This document shows, piece after piece, positions 27,120 through 40,364 of a stretch of 64,000 nucleotides of DNA. The DNA comes from Camelus ferus (taxonomy: Eukaryota), in the NCBI RefSeq assembly GCF_009834535.1, contig NC_045697.1, positions 46,378,001-46,442,000 of the forward strand, read 5' to 3'. Each line of letters begins with the position of its first letter. The stretch's first letter is position 1. The translations under genes were made by a program, and so were the position numbers. The notes below the pieces were generated by a model, which worked only from the letters and a program-made list of their open reading frames with translations, did not search any database and was not told the origin of the DNA.

Positions 27120-27990
27120 TAAAGAGTTTTAAGTCTTTACCTCCAGTGTGGGCTCTCTTCTTACTCCAGACTCATGTGCCCAACTGTCTCTGACCAACCA
27201 TTTGGATGGTTCAGAGTCAGCTTATCCCCCAAATGTTCAAAACTGAACCTACACATTTACCCAAGCCAGAAACAAATGGTGAAACCCTCTTCCCTTCAAA
27301 CTCCAAATTCAATCTCTAGTCAAGTCCTGGCAGTGTGCTATGTAAACGCCTCTCACCTCTGTGTCACTTCTCCCTATCACATGCTAACTCCCTCCTTCAG
27401 ACCACCATTGTCTCTCATCCAAATACGCTAAAACAGCCTCCTTACTGACCTTCGGGAAACCCTGCCCCTCTCCAACCCACACTGCAGTAAGAAAGAGCGA
27501 CTGGGGGTGAAGTGGGAGGGGACTAAGTGAAACTGATTTAGACCCATCTTTGATGAAATCTTTAAATATTTTCTGAGTCCAAACAATTGAAAGAGGATTC
27601 CAGTGGCTCTCTGATCTGGTTCTTGCTTTCCTCCCAAGCACCATCTCTCAAAATCTCTTGCTTTAAACTCAAAGTTCTAAACTAACTGAAACACTGTACT
27701 TCAATATAACATGCTCCTCTCTTCTTGGATCTCTTCCCATTTTGGCCTTTGCTCGAAAATTATGTTCCTACCCTTTGCGTGGCTAATCTCTACTCATCTT
27801 TTCATTATCATCCCTCAGGTCACTTTCAAAACGTAGACTTCACTACCCTCAAAGGCTTGGCTAGATACCCCATCTGGTATGCTCCCAAATCACCTTGCCT
27901 TCCTCTCTAGAGGATCTACCTACTGTGTTGAGATTCCTGGCTACTTGGAAGGTAGGAATTGTGTTTTTGTAACCAGTTGTATCCCCAGGC
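27120..27990 (+). mobile_element. L2 LINE fragment
   Basis: ctccagactcatgtgcccaactgtc...aacagcctccttactg...ggctaatctctactcatctt...cttggaaggtaggaattgtg. Confidence 0.6.
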
Positions 27991-28299
27991 CTATATTTTC
28001 TAGATTTCTCCCAGTTTCCCATCTATGCCTTTTGGCTCCATCCAGCAGAACCATCCATAACTTGATGAACATGTCTGCACCATCGTTTCTCTCTCCATTA
28101 CTTCCCCTTGAAATCACCCTCATTACCCAAATCTTCCTTGTTCCTCAAAGTCCAGCTCTTTTAGCACCCTATCCATGCACACTTTCCTGGTTACACAGTG
28201 CAAAACTCTTCAGAGCTTTTGTAACAGTTGTGTAACATGTAACAGGCCTTGTATGTTAAACACCTTTTTGCCAGTCTTCTTCTCTTCCTCAGAAGACAC

Positions 28300-28835
28300 T
28301 TTCTTCCAATTCATTGGCATGGCATATCTTTCCATTTGTTTGTGTCATCTTCAATTTCTTTCATCAACGTCTTTGATTTTTCACCTTGATTTGACTTATT
28401 CCTTGATATTTTATTATTTTTGATGTAATTGTAAAGGGGATTATTTTCTTAATTTCTCTTTCTGGTAGTTTGTTATTAGTGTATAGACACTCAGATGTCT
28501 GTATATTAATTTTATATCCTGCAACTTTATTGAATTCTTTCATTAGTTCTAACAATTTTTAGTTGTTTATTTAGAGTTTTCTATATATAGCATTTGCCAT
28601 TTGCAAACAGTGACAGGTTTGCTTCTTCCTTTCCAATTTTGATTCCTTTTCTTTCTTTTTCTTATGTGATTGCTGTGTCTAGGACTTTCAATACTAATGT
28701 TGAATAAAAGTGGCAAGAGAGTGGGTGTCCTTATCTTGTTCCTGCTCTTCGGGGAAACGTTTTCAGTTTCTCACTGTTTAGTATGGTGTTAGCTGTGGCT
28801 TTGCCATATATGGCTTTTTTATGTTAAGTATACCC
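28300..28835 (-). mobile_element. L1 ORF2 (reverse transcriptase region) fragment, disrupted
   Basis: ORF 28364-28555 ([18 protein letters not shown]...[27 protein letters not shown]) matches L1 ORF2p. Confidence 0.92.
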
Positions 28836-29054
28836 TTTTTGAAACATGGTAACCAGGAGGCTGATTGAGCTTTTAAGGTCATATGGAAACCACTGGCAGA
28901 TTAACATCTGCACTTCTAAAAAGTGTCCTAAGCCTTATGCTATTATTCTTCCTTTTAAATGTTACGTTAACACTTAATAAAGTCTATCAATAAACTGATT
29001 CTTAAAGTAATAATCTTATTTAGATGACAGAATCTTCATTAACTGGTCATTTAC

Positions 29055-29528
29055 TTATTCATTTAAAAAATATTTCTTGAACCCAAGTAACAAGCCAGGC
29101 ATGCTCAGAACTAGCAATAACATAATGAATATATGAATCCTTGCTCTGAAGAGGCTAACTGGGTGTGTGTTGGGGGATGGTAGGTGGTGAGTAACAGACA
29201 TTAAGCAAGCAAATAAGTAAGTAGATAAATTAAATAAATAAATAAATAAGCAGGCAAATAAGCAAATGTCTACAGATGGTAAAAAGTACTGTGGAGAATA
29301 TAAACTGGGTGGTAAAGGAGAGAGTAACTGGTGAGTCTCTTTCAGATAAGATGACCAGAGGAGTGTTCTCAGAGGAGGCAATAAGCGAACTGAAATCTAA
29401 AAGATGCAGAGAGCTGAAGAGAATTCTGGGAAGAGGGAACACCAAGTTCTGAGGCTGGGAGGGATTTTATGAGCTTGAGGGAAAAAAAGGAGGTTAGTGT
29501 GGTTGGAGTGTGGTGAATAAGGTAGGGG
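29055..29528 (-). mobile_element. L2 3' fragment
   Basis: ttattcatttaaaaaatatttcttga...caagccaggcatgct...gaattctgggaagagggaac. Confidence 0.7.
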
Positions 29529-29892
29529 GCCATAACAATATACAGACTGGGTGGCTTAAATTGCAAAAACTTATTTGGAGGCTGGAAGTCTGAGGTCAGG
29601 GAACCAGCACGGTCAAGTTCTGGTGAGAGCTCTCTTCCTGGTTTGCAGACGGCCATCTTTTTTCTATGTCTACACTGTTGCTTTTCCTTGGGATGTGCAT
29701 AGAAAGAGAGCAAGAGGATCTCCCTCTCTTCCTCATCTTATAAGGGCACCAGTCTTATTGGGTTAGGACCGCACCCTGATGACCTCATTTAACCTTAATT
29801 ATCTCTTCACAGTCCTATCTTCAAATATGGTCACACTGGGGGCTGGGACTTCAATATATCAATTTTGTGGCTATCCAATACAATCCATAGCA
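29529..29892 (-). mobile_element. MaLR LTR (MLT1A-like)
   Basis: gccataacaa...cagactgggtggcttaaa...ggaggctggaagtctgaggtc...ttataagggcacc...gacctcatttaaccttaatt...atccatagca. Confidence 0.85.
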
Positions 29893-30184
29893 GGAGCATA
29901 TTATAAATAAGGATGGAAAGAAAAGTGGTCTATATCATGCACTACCTGGTAAAAAATTTGGATTCATTTAGAAAGCAAAGAAAAAATATATAAAAATAGG
30001 AAAACCTTAAGTACTAACTCAGCTTTCTTTCAGCTTCTAGAAAATGTATTCATCTAGTGGAAACTTATTAAGCCCCTGTATCAGAGAGACACTATGCCAA
30101 GCTCTAAGATTGCAAAGATCAATCAATCATAGATGACCTCTGAGGAGCTCACAACTGAAGAAGCACACAGGGGAAAAATAAACT

Positions 30185-31480
30185 CATGGAGAAGGAGAAT
30201 CTTTTCAACAAATAGCTTGGAAACAACTTTGACTCCTATTTCTCAGCATATGCAAAAATTAATTGGCACTAGATCATATAGACCTTAGTGTAAAAGTTAA
30301 AGCTACAAAGCTTATAGAAGTAAACATAGAAGAATATTTCATAATCCTGGGATAGGCAAAGAGTTTTTAGACATATATATATAAACATATATAATATATT
30401 ACTTGTTAATCAATTTTAATAAACAATATAATGCAATGTGTATTATAATTATAATATAATACCATATAATTAAAATACAATATATACAATGTAATACAAT
30501 AATTGGAACTTGGACTTCATCAAAATTAATTTAAAAACTTTTGCTTATGAAAAGACAGAAAATGAAAAGGCAAGTGACAAACTCAGAGAAAAGATTCACA
30601 ATACATTCATTAATCTGATAAAGGATTTGTATAGCCAGCATATATAAACTAAGTCTTACATTTGAATGTCAAAAAGACAAACCATAACACATGGGGAAAC
30701 AGAAGCTTCCTAAAATAAAAGGTATATAAATGATCAATAAGCACATGAGAAGATGTTCACCATCATTAGTCACCAGCGAAATGCAGTTTAAAACCAAAAA
30801 GAGATAGCACTGCACTCACTAGCATTGCTAAACAGGAAGACAGGCGATGCCAAATGTTGGTAATGAAGTGGAGAAAGTCAACTCTCACATTTCTAGTAGA
30901 ATTGCAAAGTGGTATAACCATTTAGAAAAACAGTTTAGTACATCCTAATAAAGTTAAACATATAATTCAGCAATTCCATTCCTTTGTATTTACCCAAGAT
31001 ATATGATAACATGTATCCAATAAAAACTTGTACTTGCATGCCCATAGTAACTTTATTCATAACAACCAATAACTAGAAACAATCAAACATCCATTAAGGG
31101 GAAAATAGGTATCAACTTGTGCTATATTCATCTGATGGAAACACAGTAATAAAAATGATGATACAGTCAACATTATGAATGAATCACAAAAATATTATGC
31201 TGAGCAGGAGGCAACAACACAAAAAAATACATACAGTGTGATTGTATTTATAGGAAGTTCAGGTGCAAGCAAAACTAGTCTTTAGTGATAAGAACTTAAA
31301 AACAAAAAATGTTCCAGGGAAGGGTGAGAATGTGTGGTCAGTATTGATGGAAAGGGAACTTTCAAAGGGTAAAGAAAATCTTCTATATCTTAATTGGATG
31401 ATGGTTACAAAGGTGTGTCATTTGTCAAAAGTCATCCAACTCTGCTCACGTAAGCTCTGCATGTTCTACTATATGTAAAA
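30185..31480 (+). mobile_element. Old L1M ORF2 end plus 3'UTR, with an internal AT-rich tract
   Basis: tcttttcaacaaat...aataagcacatgagaagatgttcaccatcattagtca...cagcaattccattcc...catttgtcaaaagtcatc. Confidence 0.8.
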
Positions 31481-31489
31481 TAAAAACGA

Positions 31490-31580
31490 ATTATGCTGTA
31501 CACCAGAAATTGACACATTGTAACTGATTATACTTCCATAAAAAAATTAAATTAAAAATAAAATAAAATAAATCAAACTA
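31490..31580 (+). mobile_element. Short lineage-specific L1 3' end with A-rich tail
   Basis: tatgctgtacaccagaaattgacacattgtaactgattatacttcc followed by an A-rich tail. Confidence 0.75.
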
Positions 31581-32479
31581 AAAGAAAAATAGATTTACTA
31601 GTAAATTGTGAGTAATAAGAGGGAAATGCAAAGAAGGGAATAATTATGCCTCAGAGTCTGACTAAATGTAAAGGGGTGAGGAGTGAAGTCTGTGATTCAG
31701 CCTGACTTATTGGGGAGCCCATGTTGGGTCCAGACTCAGAGGACTGGACTCACTTGACAATAGTATTTCACTCTACCAGGCACATGCACTAAGCTCCATG
31801 GCTGGGTACTTCTTCCTTTCTTTTGTACATATAAGGACAAACAAATATGCCAATAACTACCAGGAGATCCTGACCTAAAGAAGGTAGATTGAAATTTATG
31901 ATGAGATACGACTCCTCCCGTTAGTAGATACACTGGCTCTGCCCGAGTTTGAACTCTGCTGGAAGGCTGGAGAATCTTCCACTTTGGAACTTGTTTCTGT
32001 TGTTATTCTGTTGTGGCCTGAAGAGCGCTAGCCCCCAGGGCACAGGGCAAGCCTCATCTGTTTAGCCTCCTTATTAAGGGAAGGGCGTTCCAGCTTTAGT
32101 CTCTCTGGGAAGGGCGGGGATGTTAATGTTTTATGCTCTTACTTGTTAATTTTAAGTACATGCAGAATTACATGCAGTGGTTGAACAGTAGCTTTAAGAT
32201 CAAAGTCAAAATGAGACAAATTAAAATTAATAAGTTCAAGACATCAGACTAAAAGATTTACAGCTTTTTTAGAGATATACAGAAAAATAAAGAAAGATGA
32301 ACTTTGCACAGACCCAGATAAATATTTGAATAAGCACTTTCTTCTTGATACCCACTTACATTTCCTTTAAAGACCCTTTTACATCTACCTGTTTCCCTGA
32401 CTTGCTGCCCCTTTATGCATCATCTCAATACTCACAGCTGCTGTATTTCTGCTAAGAGCTCAATTTATTGGGCTAAGAG

Positions 32480-32960
32480 CCCAATACTAACTTATTGTCT
32501 GTATGATATCATTAAATCTACATTTAATATATTAAATCTATAAACCTATGAGGTGTGCTATTATTCTTCCTTATTTACAGATGAAAAAAACGAAGGCACA
32601 GAGGAGATAAGTAACTGGCTCCAAATTACACAGCCTCTAAGAGTGGAGATTTTAACTCAGACAACCTAATAGAGATGGGATTTTTAACCATCAAGCTAAT
32701 CTATCATCTCCTCCTTGCCCCTTGATCTTTTCTCCCTCTTCCTCTAGTAATAACTTTGTGCTTTTACATACACTATTTAATTTAATCTTTGCAATGACTT
32801 TGAGAGGTAGGACTTAAAAATCTTTACAGATTAAAAAAAAAAAACCCAAAACACTTTTTGGGTTTTGAAAGGTTGATAAAGTTTGCATGGCTAGGAAGTG
32901 TTGATGATAGCTGAGTTTGAACACTTATCTACCTTCAGAGCTGTGAGTCTTTCTACCTAA
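32480..32960 (-). mobile_element. Two MIR SINE fragments
   Basis: cctatgaggt...atttacagatgaaaaaaacgaaggcacagaggagataagtaact; tttaatctttgcaatgactttgagaggtagg. Confidence 0.65.
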
Positions 32961-35833
32961 GAGACACACTTTTAAATTAGAATTTCTCCCCAGGCCCATT
33001 TGTGTTTAGATAAGTTGCTAGTTCACAAACTGTGAAGTTTCAGGCACCTGCGGAAGTTATTTGGGAAGATGGTGTGGGGTGAAGGCTCCGTAAGTGACAC
33101 CATGTAGTGGCTACGTGTCCCCTTTCTTGTCAGGCTGGTGCCGAGCGCGTGGAAGCGAAGCAGTGGGGACTAGGGGGCCACCTCCATCTCTCCCAAATGC
33201 ACTGCTGGGTAGTCAGTGTCCACTTGGCTTCTGGTGTTACTGTCTAACCTTGGCATTTGACCTTTCACTTCATAACATTAGCACTCAGTCCGTTTGGAAT
33301 CCTCTAAATCTGACTCTTCCTTCCATCTGATCTGGACAGTTCAAACAAGGTGGCTTGTTAACTACAGTGTGATCAGGCTTCAGGAAGTGCTAGAGAAAAG
33401 ATTTTCAACATATCTTTGGAATCCATCTCAGTATATGGTTGACCTAATTCGATTTTACTTAAGCTAATTTTAAAATAGTTTGCATTCTTTGGACAACATT
33501 ACATGAAATGAACCCAGTAGTGAGTTGGAGGTCAAGAGAGAACCAGGCAGTGTGGAAATAACTGAAACAGGGTGGCATTCGCACATAGTGTTTAAGTATT
33601 TTTCAAAATCTTGGAACCTTGTTACTCTTCTAGTCAATTAATATGTTAAGTTTCTCCACATCTTATTTTCCTTATCTTTAAAGTCAAGACATTGAAATTG
33701 TTGAGTTTTAAGATCTTTTTCTATAAAATATTATACCTTCTCTATACTGTAATATGTTCTGCCTATGTATTTTTGATTTTTAAAAAATATATATGTAAAC
33801 TATTATTCATGTATTCATCATTCTTTCATTATTAAATTGTTTGCTCACTTCCCAAAATTTATTGAGAACCTATACGTGCCAGGCACTGTGTTGACTTGGG
33901 TGCAGTAAAGGTAAACAAGACACAGCTCCTGCCCCCAAAGAGATCTATGCCTAGAATTGGATAAAACAATACAGAAGGCTAATGAAATTCTCACAGTGAC
34001 ACACTTCCCAGAGATGACAGATGACAACTGCTTTTCCTTTCATCATAAAAACATACAAAAGGTCCATTTACTTCATAAACCAGAAGGCACATGTCATTCT
34101 AATTGCACTTCCACCTTTTGTGCAACTTTCTCAGAACCAGTAGGGCTTTTATTTCTTCTGCTGCTTTTTTTTGGTACATAAATGAATAATACAGGAGACA
34201 ACCAATAGCCAGTTTATACTCCCTGCTGTCCTTCCAAAGCTTCATTGCCCAAAATAAAGGTGCTGCGGAGGTGGAGAACCCAATTTCCATTCTAAGTTTC
34301 ACACAGTGGATTTCAGTCAATTACAGTTTCTGTTCCTAAGATACAGTTGCTTACGGAGGCAAGTGGCACCCACATTTTTGGGAAACAGTGATTGTGGTCT
34401 ATAGGAACCATATTCCCCTAATATCTGCTGAGACCCCAGTCAAGAGATCCTGTTCAGTTGCTGTGGGGATGTCATAAATCCGATTCCATTTCCTTTCCCA
34501 GGCATCGACTTCTTTTTACCTGGGTTTTGACTCGTCTCAGTAACACAACAAACATCTTGGGGCGGTGGGGGGAACAACATGTTTGTCACTCTTTTTATCC
34601 TCACTAATGCATTGGAACTAGGCCATCTGGCTGCCTTTTGGGTAAATCCATTTTATAACAAGATTTTTCGTGTGTGATTCAGTAATTAAACCCCTTTGGA
34701 TAGAGTTCAAGATGGACCTGCCTTATGCTGAATTTTGCTTTATAGCAAACTGTTAGTCACAGGTGCCAGTGAGTTTATAAATCAGGATGAGAAATCTCTT
34801 ATAGATTTCAGGAAATTAGTTACCTTACCCCTCCCACCATACCAAATTTCCTTTGAGCTTAGGTCCATTCTTTTCTAGAGGCAGAGCAGAGTGAGAAAGT
34901 GCTTAGAATTGCCCTTGGTCTAGCATTACTAAGATTGCTGTCTGCCATCTTTAGCCTAAATCTAACCAGCTGGGGTGGAAAAGTTGAGATTAAGACAGCA
35001 GAGTCTTAATGTTGTTTCTTCTTGCTAATGTACAGACACCATGATAGACAACTATTCACTCACTCATTTAATAAGCACTCCTAGATATTAGGCTAGAATC
35101 TGAGAAATAACTAGAGAAACTTGTGAGCTCAGCTTCCTTATAACATGACTCATTAGACACCTAATATTCCTTTCTTGTTGTCATCGTTACATAGGGGCTT
35201 CAAACATCAAAATGTAACTTGACGTGATATCATCCTTGGAATCTTTTTGGAGACTATTTTGAGCAAAGTACCTTGCCATGTCTTAAACTCAAAAAGTATA
35301 AATCAATACAAAAGTGGGATTAAAAGTCAAGTGATTCAGTCATGTTTTTCTTGATATCTTGTGGGAAAATGTTCAACTTCTTGGTTAGCTGTGCTTCCAA
35401 TTTCTTTTGCCACAATTCATGGAAAGTTTGAGAATTTTCTTCTGGTCACTGATTCATATGAAGATTCCTTTGCAAAACATCAACAAATTAATTGGATTCT
35501 AGCTCTTTGCTTTTCTTCTTGTTCTCTTCTTTGTACCCACTTTCTGATTGGTGAGATGAGCCATCTCTCTACAGGTCTGTGTGCTTTCTTAGTTATGATG
35601 TAGTTATAATGTCATCCATTCGTATCAGCGGCACTGAGAACTTGATAAGGAAAGCAATCCGCTGGGACAGCTAATTGGGTAACAATTCACTTTTATATCA
35701 AGCTAAATTATTTGAATCTTTTAAATAGATAATGAGCTTGGAACCTCTTCTCAGGCATAAGAATAGCTTGCCTTGGGAAGAGTAGGCTGTTTGATTTCTG
35801 GCATTTCCCCCACTTTAACATAGATTTGCTTCC

Positions 35834-36075
35834 TTTTTTTTTTTTAATTCTTATTTTTTTTTTTATTGAAGTGTAGTCAATTTACAATGTTTGTTTCAGG
35901 TGTATAGCAAACCGGCTCAGATATATATACACATATACACATATATATTCAGATTCTTTCCCATTGGAGCTCATTACAAGAAACTGAATATAGTTCCCTG
36001 TGCTATGCAGTAGGTCCTTGTTGTTTATCTACCTTTTATATAGTAATGTGTAGCTATCAATCCCAAACTCCTATT
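35834..36075 (-). mobile_element. Lineage-specific L1 3' end with poly(T)
   Basis: ttttattgaagtgtagtcaatttacaatg...tgaatatagttccctgtgctatgcagtaggtccttgttgtttatct. Confidence 0.85.
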
Positions 36076-37534
36076 TGAAACCCTATGAATTGGTACTGTG
36101 GTCTAACCTTCTTGAGTAGAGACAGAATGTTCCTGAGAATTGCTGGAAATTCACCAGATGGTAACAGACTTTAGAAAACAAGTTGACTTTGACCTCTTTG
36201 TGGCTTCTGTGTTGGCCGACATAAATTGCACTCCCATGAATGGATGGCTGATGTTTGTAATAGAGAGGACTGTGCTATATGGCTTAGGCCTCTGCAAGGC
36301 CTAAAAAGGGTACTTAATGGGTTTGGGGCCCTAGACCCATTGTTAGGATTATATTTGGGGTCGCATTTGGGTAAAGTTTTCATCTTGCTCTCCCTGAGGT
36401 TCTTAAAAGCTGTTTATACAATTGCAATTCACTTTGAAACCCCCTGAAAATAAACTTATTGAGAGATTTTTAAGGCATTTTTTGTTCTGGTTGGGTCACC
36501 TACTCTAAGAGAAAATGATCTAAGTAGAAGCCAAGACGCGCTGCCATCTAGACACGTTCACAAAGAGGCAAATTACTGCAGGTGCAGAAACCTCTCAAAA
36601 GCTCACTGAGTTTAGAAGAAAAATTAAAAATAGTTCATTGCAATATTGTGAAATGTATTTTTGTCACACATTCTTGTGAGTACTATGGCATGATCATTTC
36701 AAAGAATTATCAAACTGATCTTGTAATCACAGGATTTTTGTGCAGCAGTGGCTTTTGGACTTCTGGGTTTTATTCTTCCTGGCCACTGTGGAATGCTGTG
36801 GGTATAGTGATAACTACATGACTTTTGAAAGGGATAGTAAAGTTTATTGATGCGTTTTGCAACTTGCTAGTTGGAATCCTTCCTTATTAGTGAGAGGGTA
36901 AACTCCCAAGATTCTCCTACTGAGAGTAAAATCTTTGACTCGTGCTTCCTCTGGTTGGTGTAAGCCAGTATTTGCAGATGACAGCACCTAGTGTTAATGA
37001 CCTGGATTTACATCTGTGACTCTGAGCTGATGGACACTAAGGAGAACAAGGGTAAGAGGCACCGTGAATATTTGAAATGGCAAACAGAAAATGAGCATCA
37101 GGAGGATTGCCTCTGCTGGTCAAATTAGTGACCAAAGCAATGCAGTGTGTCACTCTGTAAACAAATTACCTGTTTTTTTCAGAAGTCAAATCAATGGTTA
37201 AGTAGGAGAATGGCAGGTGGGGTTCCAGGTAAAGGGCCAAACAAGACTCTTTCTCTCTCTAACAGAGTTGGCAGAAATTATGCCATTGGTGGAAAAGCCC
37301 CTATTGCATAAAGAGGTCAGAAGTCTTTGATGGTAAATAGATTTTTAGTTTTTATATTCCTTCTGATATATTAAGCTATTCATCCTAATTTTATTTGAAT
37401 TAAACTATGTACAGAGATTTTAATTAAAACAAAACTGTTCACCTTTCACAGCCATTCTCCATTCTTGAGTTCCACTTCCCAATATGAATAGCTGTTTCTG
37501 ATATTTCTCTCCATTTGTCTAAATAATAATTGTA

Positions 37535-37645
37535 CACATACATGTATATGTATGACTGAAACAGTATGGTGTACACCAGAAGTTGACACAACATTGTAAA
37601 CTGACTATACAGTCAATAAAATAGATACATAAATAAAATAAATAG
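37535..37645 (+). mobile_element. Short L1 3' end inserted in an older L1M
   Basis: gtatgactgaaac...tgtacaccagaagttgacacaacattgtaaactgactatac plus A-rich tail; degenerate TSD aaataataattgta (37521) / aaatagcaactgta (37640). Confidence 0.75.
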
Positions 37646-37649
37646 CAAC

Positions 37650-39000
37650 TGTAACTGTAATAGTAATTGTTACTACTTAATTAAAAATTTTTAGAGATTA
37701 TTACTTGATTTCTTACTATAGACAGACAGTATTCAGCCCCCCTCACCCTCTCAGGCACCCAGACTACAGGCTTACATGTTTCCTTCTTCTATCATTTCTA
37801 ATGTAGTTGTTTTATCACTTTCATTTAGGTCAATATTCAGTCATTTACATTGCTATTACTACATAGATAGGTTTACTGCTGAGCCCTTGATAAAATAAAG
37901 TGGTTTTCCATTCATGTGGAATTTTCATTGCTTCTAGAGTTAATAATTGTCTTTTTAAATTTATTTACTTGTAAATTATTAATTCATGGAAATTGTGAAA
38001 GAACTGGCCAAATTATCAAATAAGCTATCAGTTCAATTATTTTTTTTCTTTGACTCTTCCATATTTCTCCTGGAGTTTTCAATTTTCTTGTTCCAATCTT
38101 GATTGCCAACCACTAGACCCTCTGGGATTTCTTTACAGCCTTCTTGTCCTTTTCTGTCTTGGATCCCACATTGCTGTCCCTTTCATATTCTCTGCATTAC
38201 TAAATTACTCTCATTCTGTTGGAGTGCATCCTTTGTAGCTTTCTCAGAAAAGCTGCCTGAGAAATTGATGTTTTGAAGCATTGCATATCTGAAAATATCT
38301 CTATTCCATTTTTTTTTCAAACATTGATACTTTGGCTTGCTATAGAATTCTAGGTTGTACTTTTTTTTTTTTACACCTTTCTATTTTATTTCTTAAGGCT
38401 GCTGTTGATAAATCTGATACTGTTCTGATTGCTGATCCTTGGTGTATGATTTGTTTTTTGTCTCTCTGAAAGTCTGAAAGCTTTTCAATCTTTTCTTAAT
38501 TCCATTCCCCCACCTCCAGTATTCTTGCTGAGATCTCTCAATTTGAAATCACAAACACATGTTCCTAAGTTCTAGAAAACATGAAACATTCTTGTATTCT
38601 ACCTTCAATAATTTCCTCTGACTTTTTAAAATAATTATTTTTCTAGAACACCTGTGAGTTGGATGTTACCCTCTAGGATTGATCCTTTTTCTTATTTTTT
38701 TCCCATTTGTTTGTTTTTTGGTTCTACTTTCTGAGCCAAGTCTTCAGCCTTATTTTACAACATCCCTATTAGCTATTTATATTTCTTCTCTCAGATTTTT
38801 AAGTTCCCAAAACACTTTCCCATTATTTGAGCATTTTCCATTTTACTATTATTGCATGGCTACAAACTCCATACTTACTTCTATGAGAATGTTAATTATA
38901 AAGTTTTCTTTTCATCCTTTATTTTTTGGCCTCTACCTTTTATGTTGGATTCTTTTCTCAAATGTCAGGTTTCTCTTTATATTAAAGAGATAATACATGC
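37650..39000 (-). mobile_element. Ancient L1M fragment(s)
   Basis: T-rich; ttgcatatctgaaaatatctctatt...ttggcttgctatagaattctaggttg...gctgttgataaatctgat. Confidence 0.55.
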
Positions 39001-40364
39001 ATCTGTTTCTGGAAGTATGAAAGATTGGATATTCTAAATATTCCTCTTAAAATAAAATTCTGGATAAAATTTATATAAAATTTTAGTTGAATTCATTTTG
39101 GATCTTCAGAAAAGAGTCTACAGAGACCGAAAACAAAATGAAGAAGAACACCTTGAAGGTAAGACACACCCAAGCATGCCTCTAGCCTGAGAGAGTCTAA
39201 AGCGAGGGAGAGAGACTAGTGAGATCACTAGATTGGATGGGAGGCTGGAGTAGTGATCCCAGCCTTCCCACTCTTTGGATACAACTTTAAGAATATCTGT
39301 GTCATTTCTCATTGTCTTGAATTTAACTTCATTTGTGTACAAAAGATTCATCCCCAAAATTACGGCATTGTGTATGGATGGAGTAAAGGCTATGGAAAAA
39401 GTGCAAGTATCAGCAGAATTCTTGGTGGGTGGTGTTTCAGAGACTCTTATTGGTCTACTGGGAGCTAGGGAAAACTCTACTCCTTACCAACAGAAATAGA
39501 GTGGACTAAGAAATATTTCTGTTACTTTCCTTCCACCCAAAACTTTTCTTAGGGGTAAACTAAGTCAGATTTTCCATTTAAGTTGTAGCTTCTCTCATTT
39601 TCTAACTTGAATGTGTCAAGTTTTAATATGGATTTTGTTGTTGTTGTAGGGTAACAATCGTGAGATACTTCTTTATCTAATGTTATTTCAAATCTCTTTG
39701 GTGCTTGTTCAGAACTTTCTTAGTAACTCATCACTTTATAATTCCAATTGGGATGCCACGGCTAAATCAGGAAGCTTTTCTTTTTCCCACTGGAATCATA
39801 GATCCCTATTAAATTTCTTTTTTAATATTTTGCTTTTAAACAAATTTTAAAATAGTTTATCTCACAAATGGGCCAAGAAAAAAATCAATTATTCCTCATC
39901 CTTTGAGGGTAAGAGTAATAATCTAATACTGAGACTCTTTACTATAGTGTCTAGCTTTAAATTATTTCAGAAACACAAGTGTTGGGAGAGAGAGAAACAT
40001 ATGTCTCAGCAAGCAGGTGGCTGCACAAGAAAAGAATCTCCATAATGGCTTGTCTGCATTTCTGGAATCTTGAAATACTGCACAAGCACAGCCTTAAGAT
40101 AACCATAACAGACAGCAGGGTGTGACTTAATGAGCAAGTAATAAATAGCAAAGAAAAAAATTAAGCTACAGGTGTTACATGGTGATGCATGAAATGGAAG
40201 CTCTGAACCATGGAGGAGAACTTAGCCGAGTAATTTTGACACTTCGGCAGGATTTAAAGATCTCTGGATTAAACTAAAGTCTTTTAAAGAAAATAAATAT
40301 TATTTTAATCCTATGTAATCTACTATGGTAGAAATTATTTCTAATTGGCTGATAATCATGCATT

